Shown: piece after piece, positions 17,392 to 19,245 of the stretch | How the letters are laid out: every line of letters starts with the position of its first letter | Position numbering within the stretch: position 1 is the stretch's first letter | Assembly: GCA_964493715.1 (NCBI GenBank) | Contig: CAZBPC010000066.1 | Coordinates: 1-19,245, forward strand | Direction of reading: 5' to 3' | From: an uncultured archaeon | GTDB lineage: Archaea > Asgardarchaeota > Lokiarchaeia > Sigyniarchaeales > SOKP01 | DNA: 19,245 nucleotides | Program-made: the position numbers and the translations under genes | Notes under the pieces: generated by a model | Told to the model about the DNA's origin: nothing | What the model saw: only the letters and a program-made list of their open reading frames with translations | Databases searched by the model: none

Positions 17392-18978
17392 CTACCATAT
17401 TAAATTATAAATAACCGTTTTTGCTCTCTCTGCTTCCTTCTTGCCAAGAACCTTATTTATCCTTAAATCATTAATTGCTTCTTCAAGCTTAGTATCGAGG
17501 TTTTTCATTTCCATTAAATTTCCTTTTTCTCCGCCTTTTTCAACAAGATTTATCATTGCATTATCTTTATTCATAAGGTCTCGTAATTTTGTCCTAAACG
17601 CATCTGTGACTTTTGTTTTTTGAACCTTACCATTTTGAACTAGTAATGGCAGAACAGGAGCCCTTTCAGTAGTTCTTCTGGTATTTGGGTCAACAAAATA
17701 GAATATGAACATTGGTATTCCTACAATCACATTTTGCGTGTTAATTTCAATCGAATATTGTTTAAAAAAGTTCTGCACGTTTCCCATTTCGATATCTTTG
17801 ATATATTCTATATTATCCAAACAAGATTGTTTTTCTTGCTTAACTTTAGCAACAATTGTCTCGGTATTAGTAAGATCGTTACTTAATTCACTATGTTTAG
17901 CTTGAATCTTACTTTCAACTTCAGACTTTTTTTGTTCCAATTCTCGAATCTTCTGCTGTTTGGATTTTTCTAAATCTGAAATTTCCTTCTGAACGTTTTT
18001 CTTCAATTGACCGATTTCAGTATTATACCTATTAATAGAATTTCCTAGATCTTGGTACTTTATTCCTAAATCGTTCAAAGCACTTTCAACTTCAAAAAGA
18101 TCATTCTTATTAATCGCGGCTTTAAGGCGATCAACACCATTTTTTATAGCATTATTATTGTTATATAATTCACTCGTTTTATCATTAATCTTGTATTTAC
18201 CGCTTTTTACCAATTCTTCAGGAGTACTCTCGATTTTCTTAGCTTTTTCAGCTTCGATTTCCTTGGTAAGTTGAGCAAGTTGTTTCTCTTCTTCGCTAGT
18301 ATCAATTTTTTTACTTCGAATTTTATCGGCGTCTTGAGCACCTCTTTGCAACCATTGATCACAGAGCTGTATTATGACTTGTCCATAATTATCGAGCATT
18401 CGCACATCTTGTTGTGAAATATAATCGAACACCTCTTGAACGATTTTTGCTTGGTTAATGCTCTTAGGTATTGGATCACCTTCCAATAAGAAATGAGGTT
18501 CACCAAATGAATTCAGGTTATATTGATTCAAGAAAAAATTCTTAAAATATTCTACCTCATCAGCACTGAATAAGGCTTCCTGAATTACAGTCCCTCTCTT
18601 AAAATTTTTGGATTTTTTGAGATATGTTGTGTTATATGATTGTAAGGAACTCAAAAATGTATCAATATCTGATCCTTTGATTAAATTTTCAGGGTTCGGT
18701 GGCACTTCTGCGAATTTGCCTACGCTTAATTTTTCTTGTTTATTAAGTAGATAACTACACACGCACGCCCTCGTTTCATTTAAAGGAATCAAGCGAACAG
18801 GCCAGAAGCAAATGCTTATTCTGTTGATTTTTCCTAGCTTCTTCAGAGATTTCGCATAAATATTTATGCATTCATTTAAGGCCATTGCCATTTCATCTAA
18901 TAAAGTCGCTTTACTTCGCGTGGGGATGATTTCACCAATATTTATTAGAAACGGAATTATTCTATCAACATTTGCCAT
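17392..18978 (-). CDS. Hypothetical protein with a long central coiled coil; start ATG 18978 (or GTG 18987)
   Basis: About 530-aa ORF; K/E/Q/L heptad-rich region at about residues 215-395, flanked by globular segments; no Walker A or TM helix seen. Confidence 0.8.
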   Translation of the reverse strand: MANVDRIIPFLINIGEIIPTRSKATLLDEMAMALNECINIYAKSLKKLGKINRISICFWPVRLIPLNETRACVCSYLLNKQEKLSVGKFAEVPPNPENLIKGSDIDTFLSSLQSYNTTYLKKSKNFKRGTVIQEALFSADEVEYFKNFFLNQYNLNSFGEPHFLLEGDPIPKSINQAKIVQEVFDYISQQDVRMLDNYGQVIIQLCDQWLQRGAQDADKIRSKKIDTSEEEKQLAQLTKEIEAEKAKKIESTPEELVKSGKYKINDKTSELYNNNNAIKNGVDRLKAAINKNDLFEVESALNDLGIKYQDLGNSINRYNTEIGQLKKNVQKEISDLEKSKQQKIRELEQKKSEVESKIQAKHSELSNDLTNTETIVAKVKQEKQSCLDNIEYIKDIEMGNVQNFFKQYSIEINTQNVIVGIPMFIFYFVDPNTRRTTERAPVLPLLVQNGKVQKTKVTDAFRTKLRDLMNKDNAMINLVEKGGEKGNLMEMKNLDTKLEEAINDLRINKVLGKKEAERAKTVIYNLIW

Positions 18979-19121
18979 TGATATCACTTTAGGATAGGAT
19001 TCTATATTAAAGTTTTAATGGATTCATATAATTAAATTTATGTTTTCAAGACTTTGAAAAAAACTAATATATATGCATGTTCAATTTAATTTTATTAGAA
19101 AATATATATAAATGAAATATC

Positions 19122-19245
19122 ATGTTGAATGAGAAATTTTTATCAGGCAAAGGAGCACTAATTACGGGAGGGGCTTCTGGATTTGGTCGCGGAGTTGCTC
19201 ACGCATATGCAAAAAGAGGTGCAAATTTGGTTTTAGTCGATGTAA
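19122..19245 (+). CDS. Short-chain dehydrogenase/reductase (classical SDR), 5' part, truncated by the window edge
   Basis: MLNEKFLSGKGALITGGASGFGRGVAHAYAKRGANLVLVDV: TGxxxGxG motif and Asp at the end of beta2 (NAD(H) preference); TTTATTAG 31 nt upstream. Confidence 0.88.
   Translation, partial: MLNEKFLSGKGALITGGASGFGRGVAHAYAKRGANLVLVDV

Noticed and set aside
232-17905. Short ORFs in the track overlapping larger genes (e.g. 232-462, 1055-1267, 1246-1449, 3118-3345, 13062-13421, 15889-16146, 17441-17623)
   Set aside because: Shadow or antisense frames of well-supported CDSs, with no recognisable motifs.
17392-18978. SMC/Rad50 ATPase
   Set aside because: No Walker A/B or ABC signature motif, and too short.
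1-19245. CRISPR arrays, tRNA/rRNA genes, IS elements
   Set aside because: No regularly spaced repeats, GC-rich structured RNA segments, transposase motifs or terminal inverted repeats were seen by eye.

Overview
AT-rich window that looks archaeal, probably Asgard/Lokiarchaeia-like. This is an inference from TATA-like boxes about 30 nt upstream of several ATGs, GGTGA/GGAG Shine-Dalgarno motifs, oligo-T tracts after genes and no GC-rich bacterial terminators. It holds two interleaved modules. (1) Lysine-fermentation genes on the minus strand, in the collinear order kat-kce-[~10 kb interruption]-kdd-kamA. (2) A tightly coupled plus-strand histidine operon: hisIE (with an ~115-aa N-terminal extension), hisG, hisD, hisC, hisB, hisH and an apparently natural HisA-HisF fusion. 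The most striking element is absent from the ORF track: a short ORF ending in HLHHHQHHK* (6 CAT codons in 8), 86 nt upstream of hisIE, embedded in several mutually exclusive RNA stems. It is a candidate hisL-like ribosome-mediated attenuator in a probable archaeon. Also present: an orphan beta-class DNA methyltransferase, a CrtI/COG1233-like flavoprotein, a TylM1-like methyltransferase, a 10-Cys microprotein, a large coiled-coil protein, two small membrane proteins (one missed by the ORF track, with a broken start) and the 5' end of an SDR gene. All family assignments come from motif recognition by eye, not database searches.
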